This document shows positions 63,316-64,000 of a stretch of DNA of 64,000 nucleotides, piece after piece. Made by a program: the position numbers and the translations under genes. Source of the stretch: Amphiscolops sp. MND2022 (taxonomy: Eukaryota). Below the pieces are notes generated by a model. That model was not told the DNA's origin. It ran no database searches and saw nothing but the letters and a program-made list of their open reading frames with translations. The stretch is taken from NCBI GenBank assembly GCA_964187785.1, contig OZ076409.1, forward strand, positions 62,002,001-62,066,000. Direction: 5' to 3'. Within the stretch, counting starts at the first letter, position 1; each line of letters starts with the position of its first letter.

Positions 63316-64000
63316 ATTCTATCATTTTTAGAAAGGCTTCAGAATGGAGATATCATATATGCATTAGCGAAATTTCTCGCATTTACAAAGTAATTTATTC
63401 ACTTATTCACAAAACCACCCCCTCCCCCCACGCAAAAGAGTGAAATGAAACAAAAGAAATACTCAACAACGATTTCAAGGTCCTAGTTATAATTATTTCA
63501 GTTTATTTTTTGGAATAAATTCTATCATTTTCAGAAAGGCTGCAGAATGAAGATATCATAAAAACAATAGCGAAATTTCTCGCATTTACAAAGTAATTTA
63601 TTCACCTATTCACAAAACCACCCCCCCCCTCCCCCGCCCACGCAAAAGAGTAAAATGAAACAAAAGAAATACTCAACAACGATTTCAAGGTCCTAGTTAT
63701 AATTATTTCAGTTTATTTTTTGGAATAAATTCTATCATTTTCAGAAAGGCTGCAGAATGAAGATATCATAAAAACAATAGCGAAATTTCTCGCATTTACA
63801 AAGTAATTTATTCACCTATTCACAAAACCACCCCCCCTCCCCCCGCCCACGCAAAAGAGTAAAATGAAACAAAAGAAATACTCAACAACGATTTCAAGGT
63901 CCTAATTAAAATTATTTCAGTTTGTTTTTTTTTGGAATAAATTCTATCAGTTTCAGAAAGGCTGCAGAATGAAGATATCATAAATGCATTGGCGAAGTTT
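63316..64000. repeat. Tandem satellite, ~202-212 bp unit, at least 3.3 copies, running off the window end
   Basis: aattctatca...agaaaggct recurs at ~63316, 63518, 63728 and 63940; the poly-C tract varies in length. Confidence 0.93.

Overview
Repeat-rich eukaryotic (animal-like) DNA containing one intact host gene, an intron-containing elongation factor 2 (eEF2; coding exons 22905-30063, + strand), among nested transposable elements. Left part (1-22.4 kb): a decayed short-LTR Gypsy element (~2112-20851) holds a Ty1/copia element with a 5-bp TSD and a triplicated internal region, a CRE-like RLE non-LTR retrotransposon with a 13-bp TSD, and several Mutator/Foldback-like MITEs sharing a hairpin core. 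Right part: a hAT MITE, a solo long LTR, a ~15.7 kb minus-strand Gypsy element (37048-52739), a further decayed Gypsy, a TIR MITE and a ~205 bp satellite. The ~15.7 kb Gypsy is the most unusual feature. It has a ~3 kb LTR encoding a protein conserved in a second family, a gag frame that starts inside the LTR and crosses the LTR/PBS junction, and an antisense, intron-containing, zinc-finger/hAT-transposase-like gene between pol and the 3' LTR. All calls come from reading the sequence by eye; no searches or alignments were run, and boundaries marked ~ are approximate.
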